Below are positions 40,711-50,727 of a stretch of 64,000 nucleotides of DNA, piece after piece (the stretch's first letter is position 1; the number at the start of each line of letters is the position of its first letter). The stretch is from a bacterium. GTDB taxonomy: Bacteria > Zhuqueibacterota > Zhuqueibacteria > Residuimicrobiales > Krinioviventaceae. Under the pieces are notes generated by a model, which did no database searches, had not been told where the DNA came from, and saw only the letters and a program-made list of their open reading frames with translations. Position numbers and translations under genes: made by a program. The DNA lies in the NCBI GenBank assembly GCA_963674595.2, contig CAXXFV010000016.1:736001-800000 (forward strand). The letters are read 5' to 3'.

Positions 40711-42162
40711 TTAATCGCTAAATTGAATTGCAAACACATCGGCATCGGACATGACAAATAAAAGTCTAATCTCTTTACCGACAAGTTTTGATAAATCGCT
40801 GCCGTTCTGCCATTCAACTTTTTGTGCCAGTTTGTCACCGAACATCGGCGTCATATTGCCCAGTTCAAAGCCGGGTATTGCATTTCCGGCAGCATCCTGA
40901 ATTTCTATCTGCACACTGCCGATAGCACTGGTGGAGAAATTGATTATCAGATGTGAACCGGAAAATATAAACGGTTTTGTCAAACATTGGCCTGTTTTAT
41001 AATCAGCATGTATGGAACAAAATCCATGGGGACGAATGGACAAACGTCGTAACTGTGGTTTTACCAGCGGATGACGATAATGTTCGCTGACATACATGGA
41101 CCATTCTGTTTCGGACGATTCAACAATACCCCAGGTCGGATAGTTGTTTCTGTCAGTCCAGTTTTTTTCATCAAGACCCGGTCGTATCCATGCTTCCGGG
41201 AACCGGTTCCAGTGAACAGCGTCCCTGCTTGACATAAACAAAGCGTCATTAATACCCGGATAGGGGTGGTCAGCATCGGTTATCCGTTCCTGCACATAGC
41301 GGTTTGGAAAAGCGAGATAGATATGACCGGCGCCCGGACAGGGGAGTGTGGCATTGGTATACATCTGGAACCCGTAATCATCATTATATTTATTATGTTC
41401 CACCTTTGTCCAGTTAAAAAAATCTCTAGATGTAGAACTTTGGATCGCCCTGACAACAGTCGGTTTTGCACCAAGTACATCTTCCTCATTTGAATCCGGT
41501 TTCAGGTTTTCAAAATATCGGGTAAAACAGCGATATGCTTTAATTTGCGGGTCCCAAAATGATGTGTTAATCGTATCAAACGTCCCTTCCATATCCAACG
41601 TGTCTTTAGTAATGGGTTTCCAGTGGATTCCGTCCGGAGAACCCATTATAAAACATCGTTTCCATTCACCACTCAGGCCTTTATATTTTTCTTCCGGTTT
41701 ACAGTCCGGATTTGTATCTATGAATGGAGGAGGAACATTGGGTGTATCGCCGATAAAAAGTATATTGTTTTCTGTTGAACCGTTATAGTCTACCAAGTTC
41801 AATGTCGGTCTGGTGAATGTAAAACCGTTGTCATAACTTTCAGCAAGCGCGATGACCGGGACTCGCTCGTTATCTTTTTCTGTCATGGATGCGCGATAGT
41901 ATAAACGTATTTTATTACTGTCTTTTAATACGCGATAAAAAAACATGCCTTTATTTTCCCACTCTGTTTCCCCCTTGAAAACAATTTCTCTTCGTTCCGG
42001 TTTGTGTAATTTAATTTCCATATTTACAAGATTATCGATCAAATAGTTGTCGACAAATAATTCCATACGATTACCGATGTTGATGGCTGTTTGACTTTGT
42101 AACGGTAAAAAGGACAGGAGACAAATATATAAGGGGATGAGAATGGTTCGTCTAACCAACAT
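40711..42162 (-). CDS. Secreted putative five-bladed beta-propeller glycoside hydrolase-like protein
   Basis: Signal peptide, ELFVDNYLID, Asp-box-like repeats (S.DNG.TF, SPDGIHW, SRDA.HW) and a C-terminal beta-sandwich. Confidence 0.65.
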   Translation of the reverse strand: MLVRRTILIPLYICLLSFLPLQSQTAINIGNRMELFVDNYLIDNLVNMEIKLHKPERREIVFKGETEWENKGMFFYRVLKDSNKIRLYYRASMTEKDNERVPVIALAESYDNGFTFTRPTLNLVDYNGSTENNILFIGDTPNVPPPFIDTNPDCKPEEKYKGLSGEWKRCFIMGSPDGIHWKPITKDTLDMEGTFDTINTSFWDPQIKAYRCFTRYFENLKPDSNEEDVLGAKPTVVRAIQSSTSRDFFNWTKVEHNKYNDDYGFQMYTNATLPCPGAGHIYLAFPNRYVQERITDADHPYPGINDALFMSSRDAVHWNRFPEAWIRPGLDEKNWTDRNNYPTWGIVESSETEWSMYVSEHYRHPLVKPQLRRLSIRPHGFCSIHADYKTGQCLTKPFIFSGSHLIINFSTSAIGSVQIEIQDAAGNAIPGFELGNMTPMFGDKLAQKVEWQNGSDLSKLVGKEIRLLFVMSDADVFAIQFSD

Positions 42163-42190
42163 TTACATTTCCTCACTTTTGTTTGAGATA

Positions 42191-43879
42191 TTATCGGTTT
42201 TGTTTTACCGGAATGGTGATTAAAAATTCGGTTCCTTTTTCCGAACTGTTAACCTTAATTTCGCCCTGATGTTTTTTAATTATATTATAGGAAATAGATA
42301 ACCCAAGCCCGGTCCCTACACCCACCCCTTTTGTTGTAAAACCTGGATCAAAAATTTTGGACAGATTCTCTTTGGAAATGCCTTCACCCGAATCAGCGAT
42401 GGATATGGTTACTGTTTTACCATCTGTTGATGTTTTTATAGTAATTTTTCCGGTATCTTTAATGGCATGGGCCGCATTTACAAACAGGTTCATAAATACT
42501 TGATTTAGTTCGTTCGGAAAACATTGTACCTCAGGAATAGCACCGTATTGTTTTTCAACGGTAATACGATTTTTTATTTCGTGATGAACGAGTGTTAATG
42601 TGCTATCTATACCTTCATGAATATTGGCAGACTGAAAATCCGCTTCGTCCAACCTTGCAAACATTTTCAGGCTTTTAACGATTTTTGTGATTCGTTCACT
42701 GGCAATAATTGAAACTTGCGAATTTTCTTCTAATAAATGAAATGTTTTAAGCAGCCGCTTGTCCTGGTGAAGATCATTGATGTCTTTTGCCTGTTCCAAG
42801 TAGGTTTTTATTTTTAAAATCGCGCGTTTCATTGTATCGGAAGCACTGTGTACAGCACCTATGGGATTATTTATTTCATGTGCAATGCCGGCAACCAGGT
42901 TTCCCAATGAAGCCATTTTCTCTTTCATAATAAGTTGCTCTTGCGTTTCCTGGAGCTGTAGCATTGCTTTTTCCAGTTCCTGGTTCTTTTTTTCCAGTTC
43001 TACAAATGTGTTCTGCAGTGTCAGGTTTTGCTGTTTTAGCTTTTCAGCCTGTTCTTCGGTTTTTGTTCTTGACTCCTGAAGTGATTTGGTCATATTGTTA
43101 AATGACCGCGAGAGGCTTGCAAATTCATCATCCCCTTTAACAGGTAACCGGACTGTCAGGTCTCCCTGTGAAATTACTCCGGCAGCTTTTTTTAGCTGAT
43201 AGATAGGTACTACAATCATACGTACTAAAATAATGACCATACAAATTGAAATAATAATAGTAATTATAAATATATTAAAGCTTATTTTTTTTGTTTTATG
43301 TAGAGTAACATCCGATGACTGTGCTGCCAGTAATGCATTTTCCTGGTTAACGGAAACCAGTTTTTCAAGATCTGTATTTAAAGCATTAAAAACCGTCAAC
43401 ATTTTTCCGTTTAATAAATCCATAGCCTCGTCTGCGGACCGCGGTAACCTGGCAAGCCTGAAAAACGATAAGCTGAGGTCCTGATATTCTTCCCAGTTCT
43501 GATCAAATTGTTTAAAAAGTTCATTTTCTTCTGTTGAGTAAAGCTTGTTCCCCTTACTATCTGTTTTGAGATTTTCGTAAATATCTAAATTTTTATTAAT
43601 TCGGTCAATTAATGAAATTAAAATAGCTGCCTGGTCTTGTTTTATTTTCGGATCTTCAGATATTACGTATTGAAGCTGGTTAAGTCTTAAAATTGCAATA
43701 TTATAATCAATATTAGATATAGAAACGGCTCTTGGCAACCAAATTCTGGATACTTTATCCAATTGCTCTTTTAGAGAAATGAACTGAATGTTTGTAAAGG
43801 AGACGGATGCTACCATACAAACGATAATAATACCAGCAAAGAAAATTTGTTTTCCGGCAATTTTTAATTTGTGAAACAT
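42191..43879 (-). CDS. Sensor histidine kinase (4HB_MCP-like periplasmic domain, HAMP, HisKA, HATPase)
   Basis: Two TM segments, HAMP (GDL...DEF..L...FN.M), EKMASLG.LVAGIAHEINNP, NQVFMNL..NA, DSG.G, FTTK and GTGLGL. Confidence 0.93.
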   Translation of the reverse strand: MFHKLKIAGKQIFFAGIIIVCMVASVSFTNIQFISLKEQLDKVSRIWLPRAVSISNIDYNIAILRLNQLQYVISEDPKIKQDQAAILISLIDRINKNLDIYENLKTDSKGNKLYSTEENELFKQFDQNWEEYQDLSLSFFRLARLPRSADEAMDLLNGKMLTVFNALNTDLEKLVSVNQENALLAAQSSDVTLHKTKKISFNIFIITIIISICMVIILVRMIVVPIYQLKKAAGVISQGDLTVRLPVKGDDEFASLSRSFNNMTKSLQESRTKTEEQAEKLKQQNLTLQNTFVELEKKNQELEKAMLQLQETQEQLIMKEKMASLGNLVAGIAHEINNPIGAVHSASDTMKRAILKIKTYLEQAKDINDLHQDKRLLKTFHLLEENSQVSIIASERITKIVKSLKMFARLDEADFQSANIHEGIDSTLTLVHHEIKNRITVEKQYGAIPEVQCFPNELNQVFMNLFVNAAHAIKDTGKITIKTSTDGKTVTISIADSGEGISKENLSKIFDPGFTTKGVGVGTGLGLSISYNIIKKHQGEIKVNSSEKGTEFLITIPVKQNR

Positions 43880-43915
43880 GATAATGTTTTTCCCTTATCC
43901 AGAATATTCAGAGCA

Positions 43916-44329
43916 TTAATCTATGAGTATTAGTGTTTTAACGGAATTGTTTTTAAAACTTGAAGGGACGTAGCCGATAGCCCCTTTATTTTTCAGGATT
44001 TTTTTTATCATTTCTTCTTCAGATTTTAAGGCTGTGGGTGGATCGCCTTCTCCCATCAAAAGTCGTTTCATCCAGATAGATTTCATCCGCGAAGCACTTT
44101 TGCCCAACATTTCAAAGAATATTTTGCGTACAGTAATATTCATTTCATAATCGTACACAATTACCGGTGTACCGTCCTCCCAAACGCGTATATCTCCCGT
44201 ATAATAATCAAGCAGGCGTTCTTTGGAGATTTTTTCCGTTTTATTATCCGGGTGGGTAATTATTGATACCTGACTATGACTCGTGGAACATATAAGTAGA
44301 ATAAATAATATTATAAAATATTTTTTCAT
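43916..44329 (-). CDS. Small periplasmic PBP2/PstS-like single-domain protein
   Basis: Signal peptide and II.HP.N...IS...L...Y.G....W.DG...F...LG.S......W....G...P........GAIGYV pattern. Confidence 0.78.
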   Translation of the reverse strand: MKKYFIILFILLICSTSHSQVSIITHPDNKTEKISKERLLDYYTGDIRVWEDGTPVIVYDYEMNITVRKIFFEMLGKSASRMKSIWMKRLLMGEGDPPTALKSEEEMIKKILKNKGAIGYVPSSFKNNSVKTLILID

Positions 44330-44344
44330 GTCTTATCCGTTGGC

Positions 44345-45484
44345 TTAAAAGAAAACCGAAATAGCGACTGAATAAAAGAAAAATTTGTTTGTTGGAATCA
44401 ATTCACTGCAATCACTTTTAATTTTTCCTTTTGCAGCTTGTGCTTTAAGTGTTATTCTATCGTTCAAGTTGTATGAAAGTCCCAGGTTAAAAACACGTAT
44501 ATCAATGTCACCGTTTTTTATGATAAATGATTGTTCATCAGGCATATCAATTGTTGTAAAATTTTCGTCCGTAACCCAATAACTTGTATATGTTAATAAA
44601 CGCTCTGTTAAATAATATCCTAAGGTCATATAATAAAAAGATTTAGCGATTTTTAATTCTTCAATGTCATCATCATAATTGACTTTAATATATTCTGATT
44701 CACCAAAAACAGATTTATAACGATAAGAGATATCCACCCCTAAACGGGTGCGGGGAATCCGGTTAAACCTTGATATCGGCACTTGAAATGCTTGTAAAAC
44801 ATGTTCGTCTACGTTCAGATTCATTTTGTCATGTGAATAGGAAATACCGGTTTTAAATTCGCCATTACGAATTCCAATTCGACCGCCTATAAGAATTGTT
44901 GATGACGTATCTGTTCCTGTCAGGCCTTTATATTTATCGGCATTGATGTTTGGACTGTTTCCCAGATATACTGCATAGTCTATTTTGGATTTATTCCAGG
45001 GAATAAATCCAAAAACCTGAAAATGTGCCCTTGCCGGTAAATATTCATCAAGATCAAGAATTTCTTTAAAAGATGTTTCATAAATTAGCGGTCGAATAAT
45101 ATACGGCAAAAGGGGAGATTTGTTTTTGATTTCATTTAAATTATTAAATATTGGTATCTGTAAACCTAATTTTATATTAAATACACGGCCATATCGATAT
45201 CGGACCCAGGCCTCTTCCAGGTTAAATGAACCCCATTGTTTTATTGAAGAATAATTATTGACCAATTCAAGGTTTACCAATGCAGACCAGTCAGGGGCAA
45301 TATCTTTTTGCATAAATATGTTTAATTGCTGCATTGAAAAAGAGGTTACATCATATTCATTTTCGTAATTGTTGTATTCAAATTGATTTTGAAAATAGCC
45401 AAAGGTTTTTAAAGGGGATTCTGTGATTTGTGGGTAGGCGTTCCATGAAAATAAATACATTAAAAGTAAACTGTATCGACGCAT
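44345..45484 (-). CDS. Putative outer-membrane porin/beta-barrel
   Basis: Signal peptide, amphipathic beta strands, LEEAWVRY and a C-terminal Phe (SVAISVFF). Confidence 0.75.
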   Translation of the reverse strand: MRRYSLLLMYLFSWNAYPQITESPLKTFGYFQNQFEYNNYENEYDVTSFSMQQLNIFMQKDIAPDWSALVNLELVNNYSSIKQWGSFNLEEAWVRYRYGRVFNIKLGLQIPIFNNLNEIKNKSPLLPYIIRPLIYETSFKEILDLDEYLPARAHFQVFGFIPWNKSKIDYAVYLGNSPNINADKYKGLTGTDTSSTILIGGRIGIRNGEFKTGISYSHDKMNLNVDEHVLQAFQVPISRFNRIPRTRLGVDISYRYKSVFGESEYIKVNYDDDIEELKIAKSFYYMTLGYYLTERLLTYTSYWVTDENFTTIDMPDEQSFIIKNGDIDIRVFNLGLSYNLNDRITLKAQAAKGKIKSDCSELIPTNKFFFYSVAISVFF

Positions 45485-45715
45485 AAATGGTTCTCCTGAA
45501 CGGTTTTTGTTTTATTATTAAAAAAATACATTATATAGAGCATTAAATCAATAATTTAATTTTTCTTTTTTACCGGATTTGTTAGTATTAATGGTGCTTG
45601 ACACTCATTTTAGAGTTTAGTACTTTAAAGTTTTAAAAGAGCTTTACTGGTTAATTTAGGTTAGAATAATTATTTTAAAAAATTAATTTACTGTTTTTAA
45701 CCAAAAGGCAATACT

Positions 45716-46537
45716 TTGTTAAACAGTGTTGTGAATATCCGTGATATAAATTATAACGAAATTGATTTTGTTAAGGAATTCCCCCCGGCAGATTGGAATG
45801 CTGATTTACCATCATCAATAAAATTCCATTTTGGTAAAAAATACTTTACTACCATTGTTGCGGAAAAACAGCAACGAATAGTTGGTGTAGCAAATGGCAT
45901 AAATAATAATAATGCTGCATGGCTTGGTAACATTATTGTTGTTCCCGAGTTTTGGCGACAGGGAATAGGGACAAAATTAACCCAAACTTTAATTGAATAT
46001 TATAATGATCGGGATGTTCCCGGTATTTTATTAATAGCGACAGAGGCCGGTGAAAAAGTATACAAGAAATTAGGATTTCAGATCAGCTCCGAGTATATTT
46101 TTTACAAGGGCGGTCCTGTTCCTGAAAAAGATTTTAAAGGTGAAATTGTAAAAATAAATTCTCATTCCATTCAGGATGTTTTGGAAATGGATTGGCGGAT
46201 AACAGGTGAACTTCGTTCAAATTTATTGATGCAATATATTGATAAAAGCTTTTTATATTTAAATACCAGAGGAAAGTTGGAAGGTTATCATATACCAACA
46301 TTTGGAAATGGCTTTATTGGTGCTGAGACAGAATACGCGGGATTGACTTTACTGGCTCAAAAATTGAACAGGCCTGAAAACACTCTAGTCATTCCGCAAA
46401 GTAATGAAACGGCTTTATTGTTTTTGAAAGAGAATGGGTACGAGGAATTTAAACGTGTTCCCAGGATGTTTTTAGGAGAACATGTAGCCTGGAGACCGGA
46501 ATGTATTTACAGCCGGGCATCCGGCGATTGTGGTTAA
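45716..46537 (+). CDS. GNAT N-acetyltransferase (two-domain)
   Basis: Acetyl-CoA motif V.PEFWRQGIG..L and AT..G..VYKKLGF. Confidence 0.88.
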   Translation: MLNSVVNIRDINYNEIDFVKEFPPADWNADLPSSIKFHFGKKYFTTIVAEKQQRIVGVANGINNNNAAWLGNIIVVPEFWRQGIGTKLTQTLIEYYNDRDVPGILLIATEAGEKVYKKLGFQISSEYIFYKGGPVPEKDFKGEIVKINSHSIQDVLEMDWRITGELRSNLLMQYIDKSFLYLNTRGKLEGYHIPTFGNGFIGAETEYAGLTLLAQKLNRPENTLVIPQSNETALLFLKENGYEEFKRVPRMFLGEHVAWRPECIYSRASGDCG

Positions 46538-46659
46538 ACAATATAAATATAAAAATTATTTTTGATTTGTAACTTTATTATCTTTAAATTTTAAGGTCGA
46601 GATAAACAAGATTTTATAAAACACATTTGCATGAAAATCAATATGAGGAGAAGTCGCAG

Positions 46660-47841
46660 GTGAGCAATCAAACAAAAAAACTGATGACCGAAAGAGAAAA
46701 TTTTTTAGCAATCTTGAAATATCAAGATTACAGCCATATACCCATCGTACATTTCGGTTTTTGGGATGAATTGCTGGAAAAATGGAGCCAGGAAGGGTAC
46801 ATTCTTACCGAAGAGGCTGAAAACTGGTCGGATGGAAACTATTATGATCTGAAAATTACCAGACATCTTGGTTTTGATTATAACTATCATAATATGTTTT
46901 GCCCAAAATCCCGGATTTTCCCGGAATTTGAGGAAAAAGTTATTGAAAAATTTGATGATGGTACAATGCATTTGCAAAACATAGACGGTGTAATTGTACT
47001 CAAACGCGACGAAGCCGGCTCAATTCCGGGTGAAATAGACCATTTGTTAAAAGACCGTGCTGCCTGGGAAGAGCATTATAAATGGCGATACCAGTTTTCT
47101 CCTAAACGTGTTGAAGATTCAATGGTACGTGTTAATGATAAATTTGTACCATATAATCAAGGCGGACTCGAATTCCTAAAAAAGGATGAGCGAGATTATC
47201 CCTATGGCCTGCATTGCGGCAGTTTATATGGTCAAATTCGTGATGTTATCGGTTTGGTGGGCATCAGCTATATGATGGTTGATGACGAACCCTTGTTTGA
47301 TGAGATTATTGAAACTGTTGCAGATATGAACTATCAGATGGTTAAATATGTTTTGGAAAGTGGCGCCAAATTTGACTTTGCTCATTTTTGGGAAGATATT
47401 TGTTTTAAAAGCGGTCCGCTTATTTCTCCAAAAGTGTTTGATGTTAAAGTCGGTCCTCATTATAAGAGAATAACGGATTTGGTGAAACAGTACGGAATTG
47501 ATATCATTTCTCTTGATTGTGATGGTTTAATCGATGAATTAATTCCTACCTGGTTAAATAATGGTGTAAACACAATGTTTCCAATTGAAGTCGGCACATG
47601 GAATGCCAGTATAGGTCCCTGGCGTGAAAAATATGGCAAAGAAATCCGTGGTGTGGGCGGCGTTAATAAAGTTGTGTTTGCAAAAGACAGAGAGGCCATT
47701 AATAAAGAAATTGAAAGATTAAAACCACTGGTTGAAATGGGAGGGTATATTCCTTGTCCTGATCACCGGTTGCCGACTGATGCAAAATGGGAATTGGTAC
47801 AGTATTATTGTGAACAAATGCGGAATACATTTGAAAAATAG
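46660..47841 (+). CDS. Uroporphyrinogen decarboxylase (UroD/MtaA-like) family protein
   Basis: FWEDICFKSGPLISP, LDCDG, GGVNK and GGYIPCPDHRLP. GTG start after GAGGAG. Confidence 0.82.
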   Translation: MSNQTKKLMTERENFLAILKYQDYSHIPIVHFGFWDELLEKWSQEGYILTEEAENWSDGNYYDLKITRHLGFDYNYHNMFCPKSRIFPEFEEKVIEKFDDGTMHLQNIDGVIVLKRDEAGSIPGEIDHLLKDRAAWEEHYKWRYQFSPKRVEDSMVRVNDKFVPYNQGGLEFLKKDERDYPYGLHCGSLYGQIRDVIGLVGISYMMVDDEPLFDEIIETVADMNYQMVKYVLESGAKFDFAHFWEDICFKSGPLISPKVFDVKVGPHYKRITDLVKQYGIDIISLDCDGLIDELIPTWLNNGVNTMFPIEVGTWNASIGPWREKYGKEIRGVGGVNKVVFAKDREAINKEIERLKPLVEMGGYIPCPDHRLPTDAKWELVQYYCEQMRNTFEK

Positions 47842-48244
47842 TTTTGACGGTAAAAACAGTCTGGTGCTTTTTGACGGTATTTGTTCATTGTGTACGACAT
47901 CTGTACAATTTATTCTGAAACGTGATTCTAAAAAGCGATTTTTGTTTGCATCACTACAGTCGCCTTTTGGACAAGATATCCTTGAAAAATATAAAATAAG
48001 TGGTAAAGTCCGGACAGTTGTTTTGATAGAGAAGGATAAAGTCTTTACAAAAAGTACAGCCGCATTGATAATTACCCGTCACTTGAATGGATTTTGGCCT
48101 TTATTTTATGTTTTTATTTTGCTGCCAAAATGTTTTCGGGACCGTGTATATGATTTTATTGCCAAAAACCGTTTCCGCTGGTTCCCAAAACATAAAGTTT
48201 GTCAGTTTTCTATATCAAAATTTGATGATAGATTTTTAAGTTAG
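47831..48244 (+). CDS. DCC1-like thiol-disulfide oxidoreductase (DUF393)
   Basis: LFDGICSLC, FASLQS, KSTA.L.I and RD.VY.FIAKNR.RW. Confidence 0.85.
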   Translation: MKNSFDGKNSLVLFDGICSLCTTSVQFILKRDSKKRFLFASLQSPFGQDILEKYKISGKVRTVVLIEKDKVFTKSTAALIITRHLNGFWPLFYVFILLPKCFRDRVYDFIAKNRFRWFPKHKVCQFSISKFDDRFLS

Positions 48245-48269
48245 TCCATTCAACAATTGTGGGTAAATT

Positions 48270-49223
48270 ATGACAAACGACTCAATTAAATTAGGAATCA
48301 GTTCCTGCCTGTTGGGCGAAAATGTACGATATGATGGGGGACATAAATTAGACAGATATTTAACAGATACTTTGGGGCCTTTTGTGGAATGGGTTTCTGT
48401 GTGCCCTGAAGTTGAATGCGGATTGCCGACACCGCGTGAATCCATGCACCTTGTCGGTCGTCCGGAAAATCCTCGCTTGGTGACCACAAAAACCGGGCGA
48501 GATTTAACCGACCGGATGCAGCAATGGATTGTCAAACGTTTGGATGAGCTTGAAAAGGAAAATCTCTGCGGTTTTGTTTTTAAAACAAAATCTCCAAGCT
48601 CAGGGATGCGTGATGTTAAAATTTATAATGAAAAAGGGAGTCCGGCCGGTAAAGGCGCCGGACTTTTTGCCCAGGCATTTATGCAACGGTTTCCTATCAT
48701 TCCCGTTGAAGATGAGGGGCGACTGTGTGATGCTAAAATTCGTGAAAATTTTATCGAGCGGGTTTTTATCTATTATAGATGGTTGCGGTTTGTGAATAAC
48801 AATCCAACAGCCAAGGGGTTTGTTGACTTTCATACCGATAATAAATATTTAATTATGGCACACAGCCCAAAGGTATTGACCGAACTCGGACAAATAACGG
48901 CAAAAGCCCATACCATTTTGAATAGTGATATTTTAAAAATTTATATTACGATTTTAATGGATTGTTTAAAACTTTTGGCAACGGTAAAAAAGCAGGTTAA
49001 TGTCATGCACCATATTATGGGGTATTTTAAAAAAGAATTAACCGCAGATGAAAAACAAGAGCTGCTGCAAGTGATAGAACAATATCATAATGGCCTTGTT
49101 CCCGTTATTGTTCCAATTGTTCTTTTAAAACATTATACCCGTAAATACAACAAGTCTTATTTACAGAGACAAACTTTTCTCAATCCTCATCCGGATGAGC
49201 TGATGTTGAGAAATCATGTTTGA
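48270..49223 (+). CDS. DUF523 (2-thiouracil desulfurase-like) plus DUF1722 (YbgA) protein
   Basis: GISSCLLGENVRYDGGHK, VCPEVECGL.TPR, KSPSSG, EDEGRL, GYFKK and YL..Q..L.PHP.EL.LRNH. Confidence 0.9.
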   Translation: MTNDSIKLGISSCLLGENVRYDGGHKLDRYLTDTLGPFVEWVSVCPEVECGLPTPRESMHLVGRPENPRLVTTKTGRDLTDRMQQWIVKRLDELEKENLCGFVFKTKSPSSGMRDVKIYNEKGSPAGKGAGLFAQAFMQRFPIIPVEDEGRLCDAKIRENFIERVFIYYRWLRFVNNNPTAKGFVDFHTDNKYLIMAHSPKVLTELGQITAKAHTILNSDILKIYITILMDCLKLLATVKKQVNVMHHIMGYFKKELTADEKQELLQVIEQYHNGLVPVIVPIVLLKHYTRKYNKSYLQRQTFLNPHPDELMLRNHV

Positions 49224-49293
49224 CTTTATTTCGAACCAAACCCAGCTACCTTCATTCAGGGTAATTTTTAGAAAAATGTAATAAAGGACATAA

Positions 49294-50439
49294 ATGAAAT
49301 TAATCGACGTTTTTCGAATAATTACTTTAATTGCCATGTTTCAATTTTTATTTTTTTCAGTATTTCTTTTTACAAAATCAAATAAAAATTTAAGCAATAA
49401 AGTACTCGCTTTTTTCCTGTTAACAAAATCTATTTGTTTATTCGGTATCATTACCCCCTGGTTTAATAAAACTATTTTTACTCATTTCCCATATCTGTTT
49501 TTTATTTCAGGCCTGACTGATTTTCTTTTTGGCCCGCTCATTTATTTTTATGTTAAAAGTTATTTAAATTCTTCTTTTCGTTTTAAAAAGGTCCACCTTT
49601 TACATGCCATCCCGTTTTTACTCTATTTTCTGTATGTTTATTATTATGTTTTTAGTAAAGAGATGTCCGTATTACAAAATTTGCTTCTCAACAATAAGGT
49701 TTTTCCGGTTGTGTTAGAGAATGTCACCGTACTTGCGATTTATATACATGTGATAACTTATATCGTCATTTCCCTGATATTATTTTATAAGCAAAATACA
49801 AAAATAGTAAATTATTTTTCTGAGCCGGTTCATCAAAAAATGAACTGGATGAAAATAGTCCTTTATGGTCTTTTGTTGATTTCGGTTAGTGGATTTTTTA
49901 GTTTTGTTCAATTTCTGATTTTTGATAATTATTTAACAAGTTTGATGATGATTAGAGAAGTTATGTTTTTTGCTTTTGCCAATATTATTGTTTATAAAGC
50001 ATTATGCCAGCCTTTTCTTTTTAATGACTTTTCGGACTTTATAACCGATAAAAAATATACATTATCTGTTGATAAGGACTTGATAGAAAAAGTCCAGTCT
50101 TATATGAGGACACAAAAACCCTATCTTGAACCGGATTTAACATTGGATGATTTGGCATTGGGACTTGGTATTTCTGCAAAAAAAATGTCTTTTATTATCA
50201 ATCAGGAATTTAATATGAATTTTTTCAATTTTATTAACAATTATCGAATTGAAGAATTTAAAAATAATTTTGTTGCAGCCGGGGATTCAAAAACAACAAT
50301 TCTTGAAACAATGTACAAGGTTGGATTTAACAGCAAGTCTGTATTTAATTCTTTTTTTAAAAAACAGACAGGAATGACGCCCAGTGAATTTAAACGATTA
50401 CATCAATCAACTGTTGTGACTGTAGACAATGATGACTGA
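49294..50439 (+). CDS. Membrane-anchored AraC-family transcriptional regulator
   Basis: Multi-TM N-terminus, then PYL.PDLTL..LA, NF..FIN.YRIEE and VGFNSKS.FN..FKK.TGMTPSEF. Confidence 0.9.
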   Translation: MKLIDVFRIITLIAMFQFLFFSVFLFTKSNKNLSNKVLAFFLLTKSICLFGIITPWFNKTIFTHFPYLFFISGLTDFLFGPLIYFYVKSYLNSSFRFKKVHLLHAIPFLLYFLYVYYYVFSKEMSVLQNLLLNNKVFPVVLENVTVLAIYIHVITYIVISLILFYKQNTKIVNYFSEPVHQKMNWMKIVLYGLLLISVSGFFSFVQFLIFDNYLTSLMMIREVMFFAFANIIVYKALCQPFLFNDFSDFITDKKYTLSVDKDLIEKVQSYMRTQKPYLEPDLTLDDLALGLGISAKKMSFIINQEFNMNFFNFINNYRIEEFKNNFVAAGDSKTTILETMYKVGFNSKSVFNSFFKKQTGMTPSEFKRLHQSTVVTVDNDD

Positions 50440-50727
50440 GGAATTTTTTCTTGTACTCTAACTTTTTTTATAAACCATTCAATATCTTTTCGTCTTTATC
50501 ATATTTATTTGTCCCGGGGATACTAGTTTTTAATAGTTAATTATTATTTAAAAGGTTCTACTTTTCGCTTTTTCCTTTATCCGGTCGATTTATTCTAGGT
50601 GTTTATTTATCTTTAATCGAATCGGTAAATGTTATTGTATTCTGTTTTCAGAAAAGGCCGTGATAGTGTTTTGAACATGACTCTGATCATAGAATGTTAA
50701 AAGTATTTATATGTTAAAAGAGGTAAT

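Noticed and set aside
6560-42162. CAZymes (GH62, GH151-like, GH28, GH78, CE1) as one polysaccharide utilisation locus
   Set aside because: They are dispersed among unrelated genes, with no SusC/SusD pair or shared regulator.
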